IMG/VR virus record: IMGVR_UViG_3300027754_000127
Span: 1-52,889 of that record
DNA: 52,889 nucleotides
DNA from: a virus
Taxonomy: Duplodnaviria > Caudoviricetes
Strand: one strand, 5' to 3'
The translations under genes and the position numbers were made by a program. The notes under the pieces were generated by a model. That model was not told where the DNA came from. It worked only from the letters and a program-made list of their open reading frames with translations, and ran no database searches. Shown piece by piece: positions 1 through 9,825 of the stretch. How positions within the stretch are numbered: position 1 is the first letter of the stretch; each line of letters opens with the position of its first letter.

Positions 1-205
1 GGATGGCATTCAACAATCAAAGCTGGAGATGATTCAACAATCAATGCTGGATGGCATTCAACAATCAAAGCTGGAGATGATTCAACAATCAATGCTGGAG
101 ATGATTCAACAATCAATGCTGGAGGTGGTTCAACAATCAATGCTGGAGGTGGTTCAACAATCAATGCTGGAGGTGGTTCAACAATCAATGCTGGAGATGA
201 TTCAG
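1..205 (+). repeat. 24-bp coding tandem repeat TCAACAATCAAWGCTGGA+N6
   Basis: About 8 units here and about 6 at 52740-52889. The variable hexamers are TGGCAT, GATGAT, GGTGGT and GGGAAA. Confidence 0.95.
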
Positions 206-750
206 TCATCACTGCAAAAGGCAAGGAAATTGTGATAGTGAATCGAAATATCTTTGAGGTAATTCTACCAAAACTAGGTGATATAATCCAAATATGCCCT
301 TATGGAATTTCTGGTCATTTAGTCAATGGATTAAAAGATGGCATTCCTCATATTATTGCAGATGGTATTTTGTCAAAAGTTGTTAGCAAAAAAGGTAATA
401 TCTACAAAGTAATCAATCATGGTGAAACTAAAAAAACTTATTTAATCAAATCGGGTGATAAATATTCTCACGGCAAAACTTTGAAGGAAGCTAAAGATAG
501 TTTAATTTATAAGCTGGCAGATAGAGACACAAGCAAATACGAAGATTTAACTTTAAAAAGTATTTTAACAAAAGATCAGGCAATTGTTTGTTATATAACA
601 ATCACTGGGGCTTGTGCATTAGGGACAAAGTATTTTGTAGAAAGACAAGAGAAGCTAAAAACCAAATATTCAATTAAAGAAATTATTGAGGCGACAAAAG
701 GTCAATATGGCAATGATTCTTTTGCCAAGTTTTTTAATTATAAATCTTAA
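1..750 (+). CDS. Octapeptide-repeat protein, C-terminal part (includes ORF 232..750)
   Basis: Frame 1 reads GWHSTIKAGDDSTINAG... directly into VIVNRNIF...ITGACALGTKYF, with a stop at 750. Confidence 0.8.
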   Translation, partial: GWHSTIKAGDDSTINAGWHSTIKAGDDSTINAGDDSTINAGGGSTINAGGGSTINAGGGSTINAGDDSVITAKGKEIVIVNRNIFEVILPKLGDIIQICPYGISGHLVNGLKDGIPHIIADGILSKVVSKKGNIYKVINHGETKKTYLIKSGDKYSHGKTLKEAKDSLIYKLADRDTSKYEDLTLKSILTKDQAIVCYITITGACALGTKYFVERQEKLKTKYSIKEIIEATKGQYGNDSFAKFFNYKS

Positions 751-982
751 AAAAAATATAAAAATGACAACATTAACAAAAAAACCAAACAAATGCTAAT
801 TATGAACAAATACAAATTTACTAAAAAATCTAAGCTGGAAGAATTGCGTGCAGATTTAGATTTAATTAAATTATCAGCTCCATCAAAAAAACGCACGCAC
901 GCCATGATTTTGATTAATGCCAAAATAATGGAACAAGAAAATGTTAATAATAAAAAATAACAACAACTTTTAAGATAAAATT

Positions 983-2350
983 ATGAACTATGAAGAATTT
1001 ATCAAGTCAAAACAACATAGCATTGGGGATTTTGGTTTTGAAGCAAATTATATACCTGAAATTGCTTTTGATTTTCAAGCGCATATTATAGAAAAAGCTA
1101 TCAAAAAAGGAAAAATTGCTATTTTTGCAGATACAGGATTAGGCAAAACACTAATCCAAGTTTCTATTGCTCAAAATTTAGTTAATCACACTAATAAAAA
1201 AGTATTGATTTTAACACCGCTGGCGGTTGCTTTTCAATTTATTTTAGAAGCTGAAAAATTAGGAATTGACGATATTGAATATTCTAAAGATGGTAAGCAC
1301 TCAAAAAAGATTGTAATTTGTAATTATGAGAGGCTACATTATTTTGACTCAAATGATTTTATCGGCGTAATTTGTGATGAAAGTTCAATTCTAAAAAACT
1401 TTGACGGAGCAATAAAAGGCAAGATTACTAATTTTGTTAAAAAAATACCTTATAGATTTTTAAGTACAGCAACACCAAGCCCTAATGATTTTATAGAACT
1501 AGGAACCTCAAGCGAGGCTTTGGGTTACATGGGTTATATGGATATGCTGGGAAAGTTTTTTAAGAATAATCAAAATTCAGTAGATTCAAATAATCGAAAT
1601 ATTGGAGAAAAATTCTACTTAAAACCTCACGCTGAAAAAGATTTTTTTTCTTGGGTAAATCAATGGTCAATCATGATTAAGATGCCTAGTGATTTGGGCT
1701 TTAACAATGAAAGATACAAATTGCCAAATTTAATCACAAATACTCATATCATAAAAAATCAATCAATGTTTGATATTGACGGGCAAATGTGTTTATTTAC
1801 ACCAATTTCAAAAACTATGACAGAGGTTAGATTAGAACAAAAACAAACAGAAAAACAAAGATGCGAGAAGGCTGTTGAGTTAGCTAGTGATAAAACTTCT
1901 GTTTATTGGTGCAACACTAATGATGAAAGTTCTTATTTGAGGGAAATGGATAAAGGAGCAGTAGAAATAATTGGTAGCCAATCTATTGAAAAAAAAGAAG
2001 AAATACTGATGGCTTTTGCAAAAGGTCAAATTAAAAGAATTATTACTAAAGCAAAAATTACTTCTTTTGGTTTAAATTGGCAACATTGCAATCACTCGGT
2101 ATTCTTTCCAACTTGGAGTTATGAACAGTATTATCAAGCTATTAGACGCTTTTGGAGATTTGGACAAGAAAATGATGTTGTTATTGATTTAGTTTTATCA
2201 GATGGACAAGAAAGAGTAATGAAGGCTTTGCAGCAAAAGACAAAAAAAGCAATAGAGCTTCATGAAAAATTAACTGAAAATGTTAATGGCGTGTTTGTTG
2301 ATTCAAAAAAAGAATTTAACAAACAAATTATTAAACCTTTATTTATATAA
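983..2350 (+). CDS. SF2 (SNF2-like) helicase
   Basis: Motifs DTGLGKT, CDESS, TATP, FGLNWQ and QAIRRFWRFGQ. Confidence 0.9.
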   Translation: MNYEEFIKSKQHSIGDFGFEANYIPEIAFDFQAHIIEKAIKKGKIAIFADTGLGKTLIQVSIAQNLVNHTNKKVLILTPLAVAFQFILEAEKLGIDDIEYSKDGKHSKKIVICNYERLHYFDSNDFIGVICDESSILKNFDGAIKGKITNFVKKIPYRFLSTATPSPNDFIELGTSSEALGYMGYMDMLGKFFKNNQNSVDSNNRNIGEKFYLKPHAEKDFFSWVNQWSIMIKMPSDLGFNNERYKLPNLITNTHIIKNQSMFDIDGQMCLFTPISKTMTEVRLEQKQTEKQRCEKAVELASDKTSVYWCNTNDESSYLREMDKGAVEIIGSQSIEKKEEILMAFAKGQIKRIITKAKITSFGLNWQHCNHSVFFPTWSYEQYYQAIRRFWRFGQENDVVIDLVLSDGQERVMKALQQKTKKAIELHEKLTENVNGVFVDSKKEFNKQIIKPLFI

Positions 2351-2352
2351 TT

Positions 2353-3375
2353 ATGAAAACAGAAAACAAAGTAAAAGACCAAGTTGTAACAGAAAATTAC
2401 GCTATTTATAATAGCGACTGTATGCTGGTAATGCCTACCTTAAAAGATGAAAGTATTGATTTGTCAGTATATAGTCCTCCATTCGCTGGATTGTACAATT
2501 ATTCAAGTTCAGAAAATGATTTTTCTAATTGCACAAGCAAAGAACAATTTTTAGATCAATATGAATTTCTAATTAAAGAAATTTCAAGAGTTACAAAGTC
2601 GGGAAGAATAACAGCCGTACATTGTGCAGATGTGTTTGATAATACTTGTCGACTTTGGGATTTTCCAAATGAGATAATTAAGCTGCATACAAAATACGGT
2701 TTTGAATATCGTAACCGAATAACAATTTGGAAAGAGCCTTTAAAGGTCAGAATGAGAACTATGGTACAATCTTTAATGCACAAGTTCATTGTTGAAGATA
2801 GTACAAAATGCTTTACGGCTATGCCTGATTATGTTTTAGTTTTCACAAAAAAAGGTGAAAATTTAGTTCCTGTTACTCATCAGTTTGGAATTAATCATTA
2901 TGCTGGTGAAATACCAATTTTACCTAATATATTAAGAGCGTGGAACAATGCCCACGGATCTAAATTAAATGAGGTTGAATTGTGGGATCATTTAAAAAAT
3001 ATAAATGAATCAAAATCAATAACTAAACTGAATCATTACATCTGGCAGCGTTACGCTTCGAGTGTTTGGGATGATATTAGAATTGATAATGTGTTACCGT
3101 TTAGAGATTCAAAAGAAGAAGATGACGAGAAACATGTACACCCTTTGCAACTAGATGTTATTGATAGGATTGTAGAATTATATTCAAATCCTAATGAAGT
3201 TGTTTTAACTCCATTTATGGGAGTAGGTAGTGAGGTTTTTAGTCCTGTTTCTATGGGTCGTAAAGCAATAGGAATTGAATTAAAAGATAGCTATTTTAAG
3301 CAAGCAAAATTAAATCTTGAGGAAGCTATTAAGAGATTTAAGAATAAAGAAATCAAACAGTCATCTTTATTCTAA
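2353..3375 (+). CDS. DNA N4-cytosine/N6-adenine methyltransferase (beta class)
   Basis: Catalytic SPPF near the N-terminus; SAM-binding TPFMGVGSE near the C-terminus. Confidence 0.9.
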   Translation: MKTENKVKDQVVTENYAIYNSDCMLVMPTLKDESIDLSVYSPPFAGLYNYSSSENDFSNCTSKEQFLDQYEFLIKEISRVTKSGRITAVHCADVFDNTCRLWDFPNEIIKLHTKYGFEYRNRITIWKEPLKVRMRTMVQSLMHKFIVEDSTKCFTAMPDYVLVFTKKGENLVPVTHQFGINHYAGEIPILPNILRAWNNAHGSKLNEVELWDHLKNINESKSITKLNHYIWQRYASSVWDDIRIDNVLPFRDSKEEDDEKHVHPLQLDVIDRIVELYSNPNEVVLTPFMGVGSEVFSPVSMGRKAIGIELKDSYFKQAKLNLEEAIKRFKNKEIKQSSLF

Positions 3376-3584
3376 TGCAAAGCAAAAAACAATCACTAAT
3401 TGAAGCTATCATAAATGTTGGCTCTGGCTTCCTGCTTTCAATTGCCACTTGGAAGCTGATAATCACGCCTATTTTTGGGATTGAGGCTAATAATGGACAA
3501 GTTGCAATTATTAGTGGCATATTCACTGTTTTATCAATAATCCGCTCTTATTTTTGGCGGAGAATTTTTAATAAGTTTAAATAA
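3375..3584 (+). CDS. Small two-TM phage membrane protein
   Basis: Two hydrophobic helices; the MQSKKQSLIEA...RRIFN pattern is common next to phage methylases. Confidence 0.7.
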   Translation: MQSKKQSLIEAIINVGSGFLLSIATWKLIITPIFGIEANNGQVAIISGIFTVLSIIRSYFWRRIFNKFK

Positions 3585-3593
3585 AATCAATAT

Positions 3594-3812
3594 ATGAAAG
3601 GTAAAATATTTAACGAACAAGAAACAATGGAACTTATGGCTCGCAATGCGGCAGGCAATGGTTTTGACGCTGGTTATTTTTACGCATTAGAAGGATTAAA
3701 ATTAGCAATTTTATCAACTGGAAAAACAGAGGCAACCATTAGTGTAAAACTTATCGATGAAATGATTTCTGAGACAAAAAAACAATTGGAGGCAACGAAG
3801 CATGAAGGGTAA
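3594..3812 (+). CDS. Hypothetical protein
   Basis: ORF within the operon; its N-terminus resembles that of the next gene. Confidence 0.6.
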   Translation: MKGKIFNEQETMELMARNAAGNGFDAGYFYALEGLKLAILSTGKTEATISVKLIDEMISETKKQLEATKHEG

Positions 3813-4359
3813 AGTTTTTACAGCACAAGAAGTGCAAGCATTGATTGCGGGGAATAAAACGCAATTCAGGGAGGTGATTAAGCCACAACCAATTCAGCCA
3901 GAAAGTTTTTCTGATGCTTATTTTGATTGCTACAACAAAGGCAATCAATGGAATTGGTGGACAAAAGACAATAAACAACTTCTAGGTCAAATTGTTAAAT
4001 GCCCCTACCAAGCAGGACAAAAGATTTTTTGCAAAGAGAGTTTTAATATATTTGCTGATCAAGTTTATTATAAACAAAGCTTAGTTGATGCTCAAAGATA
4101 TTTTTGGAAACCAGTCAAACACATGAAGCAAGAACACTCACGCCTAACACTGCTAATAAAAGAGATTAAAGTGGAAAAGCTTTCTGAGATTAGTGACGAG
4201 GATGCGATTGCGGAGGGAATTAATCCAAATACAACCACAAATATTAACAATTATTTTAGAAATCTTTGGAACGCAACCCACAAAAAACCAGAAGAGAAGT
4301 TTGAAGCTAATCCTTGGGTTTGGGTTCTTGAATTTGAACTGGTAAAGAATAATTTATGA
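3802..4359 (+). CDS. ASCH/PUA-like phage protein
   Basis: Motifs GNKTQFR, HMKQEHSRLTL, ISDEDAIAEG and NPWVWVLEF. Confidence 0.75.
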   Translation: MKGKVFTAQEVQALIAGNKTQFREVIKPQPIQPESFSDAYFDCYNKGNQWNWWTKDNKQLLGQIVKCPYQAGQKIFCKESFNIFADQVYYKQSLVDAQRYFWKPVKHMKQEHSRLTLLIKEIKVEKLSEISDEDAIAEGINPNTTTNINNYFRNLWNATHKKPEEKFEANPWVWVLEFELVKNNL

Positions 4360-4592
4360 ACTATGAATTTAAGATTGCAGGCGTAATTTTCAAGATTTAC
4401 AACCTACCTGCTGGCAAGAAAAGTGAAGCTAAGAGACGAGCTAGATTTTGGCTTAGAGATTGTTTCAATGTAGGAAAGGATGATAAGCTTTATTCATTCT
4501 CAAGCATTGAACAGTTGCCCAAAATCTAGCCGTGAGCAACGCCAACACAAAGACAAAGCTCTTCTTCGTGTTGGCAGGTGGGGCAGGTTTTG

Positions 4593-4739
4593 TTAGTCAT
4601 TGTATTTCCTTAGATAAATTAATAAAAATAAACAGGCCCCACCAATCACAGATCCAATAAACGCACCAATTCCACAAAAATAAAGTTGCGCCACAGTCAA
4701 AAGTATTGTCAAGATAATCAATTTAATATTTTTGTTCAT
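4593..4739 (-). CDS. 48-aa two-TM membrane protein (below the ORF-track cutoff)
   Basis: MNKNIKLIILTILLTVAQLYFCGIGAFIGSVIGGACLFLLIYLRKYND, preceded by a GAGGTGG RBS-like sequence. Confidence 0.55.
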   Translation of the reverse strand: MNKNIKLIILTILLTVAQLYFCGIGAFIGSVIGGACLFLLIYLRKYND

Positions 4740-4754
4740 TACCCACCTCGCCAA

Positions 4755-4949
4755 TTAAATAATCTTTTTTTGTTTGTTTCTACTTAATCCGTAAATTTTG
4801 CTAATTTTGCGGAAAGTCCATTGACTAAGTTTAAAAATCCTTTGTAAATCTTTAATTGTGTAAACATAGTTAAATTCATTTTTAGAATTGTAACCGTAAA
4901 TAAATTGATCCCGAAATTTGTCGTCAACTAATATGATTTTTTTTGGCAT
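4755..4949 (-). CDS. Small HTH-like DNA-binding protein
   Basis: YTIKDLQRIFKLSQWTFRKI resembles an HTH; it is divergent from the 5221 operon. Confidence 0.55.
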   Translation of the reverse strand: MPKKIILVDDKFRDQFIYGYNSKNEFNYVYTIKDLQRIFKLSQWTFRKISKIYGLSRNKQKKII

Positions 4950-4986
4950 AATCTTTTAATTTTAAGTTAAAAAAGAATTTTAAAAC

Positions 4987-5116
4987 ATTGTAATAAAATT
5001 GTCAAGTAATAATAAATATTGATATTTTCAATAAGTGATATAAAATAATCACCTTGATTTTAAAGGCTTAAACCGCTTTTTTAAAAAATTGTAATAAAAT
5101 TGCAATAAAATTGTGT
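4987..5116. promoter_or_regulatory. Divergent control region with three ATTGYAATAAAATTG repeats and a CCTT-N7-AAGG palindrome
   Basis: Repeats at about 4987, 5088 and 5099; leftward TTGACA at about 5000; palindrome at 5052-5066. Confidence 0.65.
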
Positions 5117-5220
5117 ACAATTAAAAATAGTTACCTTAGAATCCTCAATAACAAATTGAAATTAATTATTAAGTAAATTTGTTTAGTAAATCAGTTTATT
5201 AACAATCTAAATTATAAAAT

Positions 5221-5727
5221 ATGAAAATCACCCCCGAAAACATTAATTCTATGGTGGATTATTGCATTCAAAATAAAGTCCGTTTTTCTGCATTTTACTA
5301 TCCTGATAATTCTATTTTTAAAGATTCGAAAGAATCAATAGATTTTGAAATTACTTTACAAGGTCAAGAAAGAGGCGAGAGGAAAGTTAAAGTTTTTTCT
5401 ACACAAGAGATCAGATACGAAGTTGAGGTCTATGAGGGGAGTTATAGGGATAATGAATTTGTTATTGCCCAGCTAGAAAACGGCAAAGAATTTGAGGCCA
5501 ATAATTATCGGGAGTTAGAAAATAACATTGTTGATTTTTATTCTGCTAATGATGCGGATACATTTCCAGAGATAAACAATTTATCTTATATTGATGGTCA
5601 TAAAGTAAAGTTCCAAAAGAATGATGACTTGCAAGATAAAATTAATAAAGCCAAGAAAGAATTGGAAGAAAATGACGGATCAGATTTAATACAAGATTAT
5701 AGAGAAATAATAACAATATTAACTTAA
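5221..5727 (+). CDS. Hypothetical protein
   Basis: 168-aa ORF, first gene of the operon. Confidence 0.6.
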   Translation: MKITPENINSMVDYCIQNKVRFSAFYYPDNSIFKDSKESIDFEITLQGQERGERKVKVFSTQEIRYEVEVYEGSYRDNEFVIAQLENGKEFEANNYRELENNIVDFYSANDADTFPEINNLSYIDGHKVKFQKNDDLQDKINKAKKELEENDGSDLIQDYREIITILT

Positions 5728-5739
5728 AAGCTTAAAACA

Positions 5740-6615
5740 ATGACAAACGAAATTACAATTTACGATATTAAAATTCCAACTCAAAGAGAGGAGGTTTGTA
5801 ACCGAGACAATATTAACAGATTGCTTGATAATATTAAGGCACTTAAAAACAATGTCCTAAAGTTTGATACCAAAGAAGACATTAAAGAATCTAAACAATT
5901 CAAAACTAATGCAAATAAGTTCATTAAGGAATTTAAAGAGTTTTGTGATCCTCTAGAAGAAGAGGGTAGGATTATTGCCAAGACTAGAAGCGAAGTTAAG
6001 TTGACACTTGAAAAGATTGTTGAGGAAAAACTTGCTCCCCTTGTCGAAAGGGAGGAAAAGTTAAAAGTCATTAAGAATAATTTATTTATTCCTAGTCTAA
6101 ATATTGATTCTTGCGTTGCTAAAAAAACCAACTTGATTTTACTTAACAGCTATGATTGGTTCGGATTGAAAGATGAGGCTTTGCCTTTGATTAATCAATC
6201 AATAACTTTCCTTGATAATGAGCTTTTGGGTTTTGAAAAAGCCGCAAAAGAGAAGGCTGATGCAGAGGAAAAACAAAGATTAGAAAAAGAAAATCTAATC
6301 AAAGAACAAGCTAAACTTGAGGCAGAAAAAGCGGCGGCTAATGCAATTGCAGAAGCTAATAAAAGAGCCGAGAATGCAGAGGCAGAAGCTAAAAGAAAAG
6401 TTGAGCAGGAAGCTAAGGATAAAGCTAATGCAGAAGCTAAATTGAAAGCGGAAGAGGAAGTTAAAACTAAAAACAAAGACCACCAAGCTAAAATCCATAA
6501 TGAGATATTGGAAGATTTGCTGAAATATTTTGACAAAATAAATGAAGAGCAAGCCAAAGATATTATTAGATTATTTGCTTCTGGCAAGATTAGAAACCTT
6601 AAAATTACCTACTAA
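5740..6615 (+). CDS. Coiled-coil phage protein
   Basis: Long E/K/A-rich helical region of a type often found upstream of phage recombinases. Confidence 0.65.
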   Translation: MTNEITIYDIKIPTQREEVCNRDNINRLLDNIKALKNNVLKFDTKEDIKESKQFKTNANKFIKEFKEFCDPLEEEGRIIAKTRSEVKLTLEKIVEEKLAPLVEREEKLKVIKNNLFIPSLNIDSCVAKKTNLILLNSYDWFGLKDEALPLINQSITFLDNELLGFEKAAKEKADAEEKQRLEKENLIKEQAKLEAEKAAANAIAEANKRAENAEAEAKRKVEQEAKDKANAEAKLKAEEEVKTKNKDHQAKIHNEILEDLLKYFDKINEEQAKDIIRLFASGKIRNLKITY

Positions 6616-6651
6616 TGGACTGGCAACAATATTAACTTTAATTAAAAAAAT

Positions 6652-6930
6652 ATGAAAATAGTAATAAATACTTCCTTTGGTGGATTCTGTTTATCAAAAG
6701 AAGCCTATAAATTTTTAGGATTAGAATGCAAGGAAGATAAAATTGGTGATTTATTTGATAATGATAGAACCAATCCTAAATTGATTGAATGTGTGGAACA
6801 ATTGGGAGAAACGGCAAGTGGACCCTATAGTGAACTTAAAATAGTTGAAATACCTGATGGTGTTCAATACACCATTAAAGATTATGATGGAATGGAACAC
6901 ATTGCAGAATTACATAGAACTTGGAGATAA
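6652..6930 (+). CDS. Conserved phage hypothetical protein
   Basis: MKIVIN..FGGF.LS and IKDYDGMEHI pattern. Confidence 0.7.
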   Translation: MKIVINTSFGGFCLSKEAYKFLGLECKEDKIGDLFDNDRTNPKLIECVEQLGETASGPYSELKIVEIPDGVQYTIKDYDGMEHIAELHRTWR

Positions 6931-7163
6931 TTTTATGGACGAAGAATACAACGAATTACAACAATATTACTACGAAATGGCAGGCTCGTTTGAGTGTGCT
7001 GAAACTAAAGGAGAAAACAATGACTGACGCAACAGATGATTTAGAAGACCAAGAATTTAAAAGAAGTTTGCCACCTAAATATGATTCGCAAGGTCAGCCT
7101 TGGAGCAATTGGGATCGAATTAAACACGAAGAACTTAATAAAAAACCAATAAAGGAGAAAACA

Positions 7164-8030
7164 ATGAGTAAAGAATTACAAGTAATAAATTTTAATGAAG
7201 ACCAAGTTAAACTAATTAAATCACAGATTGCCCCAAAAGCAACTGATAGCGAATTGCAATTGTTCTTATATCAGGCAGAAAGAACTGGCTTAGATCCGCT
7301 TACTCGTCAAATCTATGCTATTCACAGAGCTTGCAAAGAGAATGTTAACGGCGCATGGGTTTGGGTTAATAAAATGTCAATCCAGACTTCAATTGATGGT
7401 TTCAGAGTTATTGCAGAAAGAAGCGGCGATTATGCTGGACAAGATGAGCCTATTTTTACAGAAGAGGGCGCAAAGCTAATTTCATGCAAGGTCGCAGTCT
7501 ATCGTTTCCGTGGCGATGTGCGCTATCCTGCTGCTGTTGGTGTTGCTTATTGGTCGGAGTATGTTCAAACCGATAAAGAGAACAACCCGTCTGGATTGTG
7601 GAAAAAGATGCCTCACACAATGCTTGCAAAAGTAGCAGAAGCTCTAGCGTTAAGAAAAGCATATCCACAAGATTTAAGTGGACTTTATACTGGTGATGAG
7701 ATGGCACAAGCTGAACCACCATTACAATCAGAGCCAGTTGATAAAACACCTAAAAACCAATTTAGTGGATTAGCAGAAGTCGCAGATGAAGATATGAAAG
7801 CAACCCAAAAAGCGGCAAATGAAGCTGATTTTAGGATAATTAAAAATTTGGTGGAAAACGCAGAAAGTTTAGAGGTTTTAGCTGAAATATGGACAGAAAA
7901 GAAAAAAGAAATAAACCGTCTCAATAAATATGCAAATGATTTATATCTAATGTTGGCAGATGCTAAAGATGTAATGAAGAATGCTTTTGAAGAAATAGCG
8001 AAAATGGATGAAGCTAGCAATTTTAACTAA
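7164..8030 (+). CDS. bet: Phage recombination protein Bet (single-strand annealing); alternative in-frame start at 7020
   Basis: TGLDPLTRQIY, SIDGFRVIAERSG and WKKMPHTMLAKVAEALALRKAYP motifs; AAGGAG RBS. Confidence 0.9.
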   Translation: MSKELQVINFNEDQVKLIKSQIAPKATDSELQLFLYQAERTGLDPLTRQIYAIHRACKENVNGAWVWVNKMSIQTSIDGFRVIAERSGDYAGQDEPIFTEEGAKLISCKVAVYRFRGDVRYPAAVGVAYWSEYVQTDKENNPSGLWKKMPHTMLAKVAEALALRKAYPQDLSGLYTGDEMAQAEPPLQSEPVDKTPKNQFSGLAEVADEDMKATQKAANEADFRIIKNLVENAESLEVLAEIWTEKKKEINRLNKYANDLYLMLADAKDVMKNAFEEIAKMDEASNFN

Positions 8031-8203
8031 ATGGCAAAGTAAATAATGACAAAAACAAATGAATTACCAAAAGTAGGGGAAAGATATAGGTATAAAGAAG
8101 TCCCAGAAGAAGTATCAAACTGTTGCGGATATGCAATAACCGAGAATACTGATCTTTGCGGTAAATGCGGTGAACATTGCGGGGTTGAAATTTTGGAGGA
8201 TGA

Positions 8204-8626
8204 GTGAAACTAGTTTTTAGCGGCCAAGAAGAAGATAAAAAAAAATTCTGTAATCAAGTTTATTTTGAATCCATAGCTTTTTGCCAAAAAGGGGAATTTG
8301 AAGTTGAATTTAAGAAGGTAACTGAAAGCGGGACATTAGAGCCATATGCTGGCTATTGGCGTTTAGCTACTAATCTTGCGCCGTATGTTCAAGAGCAATA
8401 TGGTGAAATATGTGATAAGGATTTTGTAAGTAATTTGGCTAAACTTGGGGCAGGTTATTCTAAAAAGGTTAGTAAATCAGTAGTTCCTAAAAGCCTAACT
8501 AAGGCAACTAAGGAAGAAATGGGGATATTGATTGAACAGCTTTACAAAATGTGTGAGTTCTTTGGGATGAGTGATTATGAATTAACTAGTTCAGAAACTA
8601 GGGCAATGTTTGAATATTATAAATAA
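8204..8626 (+). CDS. Hypothetical protein, possibly NinB/Orf-like recombination accessory
   Basis: Position downstream of bet; KSLTKATKEEMGILIE resembles the NinB C-terminus. Confidence 0.4.
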   Translation: MKLVFSGQEEDKKKFCNQVYFESIAFCQKGEFEVEFKKVTESGTLEPYAGYWRLATNLAPYVQEQYGEICDKDFVSNLAKLGAGYSKKVSKSVVPKSLTKATKEEMGILIEQLYKMCEFFGMSDYELTSSETRAMFEYYK

Positions 8627-8636
8627 AGGAAAAATT

Positions 8637-8843
8637 ATGAAAAATGACGGAATTGAATGGTTTATTTTGTTCTTTTTGGTGTGGATAACGGGGTGTATAA
8701 TATGGGGCCTTATGGACGAGCTACAGCAAAAAAGAGTAAATGGTCATGCAATAGAATGTATTGATGGTATTACTTATTTTGTTGGAAGAACAGTTACACC
8801 ACAAGTTGACCAGAATAATAAGCCAGTATTGTGTAATTTTTAA
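8637..8843 (+). CDS. Small membrane-anchored protein
   Basis: N-terminal TM followed by CIDGITY...VLC. Confidence 0.55.
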   Translation: MKNDGIEWFILFFLVWITGCIIWGLMDELQQKRVNGHAIECIDGITYFVGRTVTPQVDQNNKPVLCNF

Positions 8844-9008
8844 GTTAATTATAAAGATTTGAAAATGATTTATAAGGATAGAGCCTTGAAGGGAAAGGAC
8901 TTAGAGCGATATTTCTTGGTTAAAAATTATTGTGAAGAAAAGTTAAATTAATTGTTGCTATTAATAAAATTTGTTGCTAATATCCAATATTAACTTAATA
9001 AATTTACT

Positions 9009-9302
9009 ATGAATAATTTAAACAGAATCTTAAAACACATAAGAGTTTTTAACAAACTAACCCAACAACAGCTTGAAGAAAAAACAGGCATTGACAGGGC
9101 TTATGTTTCAGAAATTGAGAGCGGCAAAAAAGTTCCTTCAATTGAAGTTTTGGAAAAATACGCAACTGCTTTTGATATTCCTAAATCGGCTATTTTACTT
9201 TTTGCTGAGAACTATGAGGAAAAAGTCGGATTTAAAAATTCTCTCAAAAAAGGATTAACAGGAACGGCTTTAAAGTTTTTGAATTGGATCGTTAAAGAGT
9301 AA
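9009..9302 (+). CDS. XRE-family HTH transcriptional regulator
   Basis: LTQQQLEEKTGIDRAYVSEIESGKKVPS. Confidence 0.9.
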   Translation: MNNLNRILKHIRVFNKLTQQQLEEKTGIDRAYVSEIESGKKVPSIEVLEKYATAFDIPKSAILLFAENYEEKVGFKNSLKKGLTGTALKFLNWIVKE

Positions 9303-9482
9303 AGGGGATAGCTCAAGAGTTTTTTGGGCTTTTAGTAAAGTATTTAAATAAAATTATGTCAGTATCTAAATTTGTAATAGTCTTAGTAATCGTTTTTATC
9401 TTATCTCTAATAAGTGCAATGTTTGTAGTTGAAGGAAATAGAAAACCGAAAATGATAAAATGTATCTCAGAAAGTAAGACTT

Positions 9483-9728
9483 ATGAAACTTACAGATTTT
9501 TGGTTCGTAATGGAATTTATGATAATTAATCTCGCAGAAATCCGCCAAAAGAAAGAGGAAGAAGCAAGAATAAAAGTTGAAGCACAGGCAAAATTAAAAG
9601 AGATGAAGAGTGTTAGTGGTGATGATTATAATTATAAGTTTTTCCAGCTAGTGGATTTGTTTATGAGCCAGAATTATCCCTGCTGGTCGGTTAAGTGGGA
9701 TAAGTTTATTAACGAGAATTGGAGATAG
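9483..9728 (+). CDS. Hypothetical protein
   Basis: ORF; the start position is uncertain. Confidence 0.5.
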   Translation: MKLTDFWFVMEFMIINLAEIRQKKEEEARIKVEAQAKLKEMKSVSGDDYNYKFFQLVDLFMSQNYPCWSVKWDKFINENWR

Positions 9729-9825
9729 GAAATGATTGTAAAAATTAAAGTAGAAGCACAGGCAAAATTAGAAGAGCAATCGGAAGAGACTCAAAAAGCT
9801 ATTTCTGAATTATTGGGAGGGGAAA

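Noticed and set aside
1-205. CRISPR array
   Set aside because: The variable parts are only 6 nt and recur, the 24-bp unit is in frame within an ORF, and there are no cas genes.
1-205. Functional ice-nucleation protein
   Set aside because: There are too few repeats and no TxT water-ordering ladder; only the octapeptide register is shared.
29-235. ORF MIQQSMLE... as a real gene
   Set aside because: It is an off-frame reading of the repeat; frame 1 joins 52599 to the 232..750 ORF.
5781-8020. Minus-strand ORFs at 5781, 6195, 6295, 7456 and 7685 (and similar ones at 21059, 36858, 37294, 39359 and 44382)
   Set aside because: They are antisense shadows of well-supported genes, with low-complexity S/L/F-rich translations.
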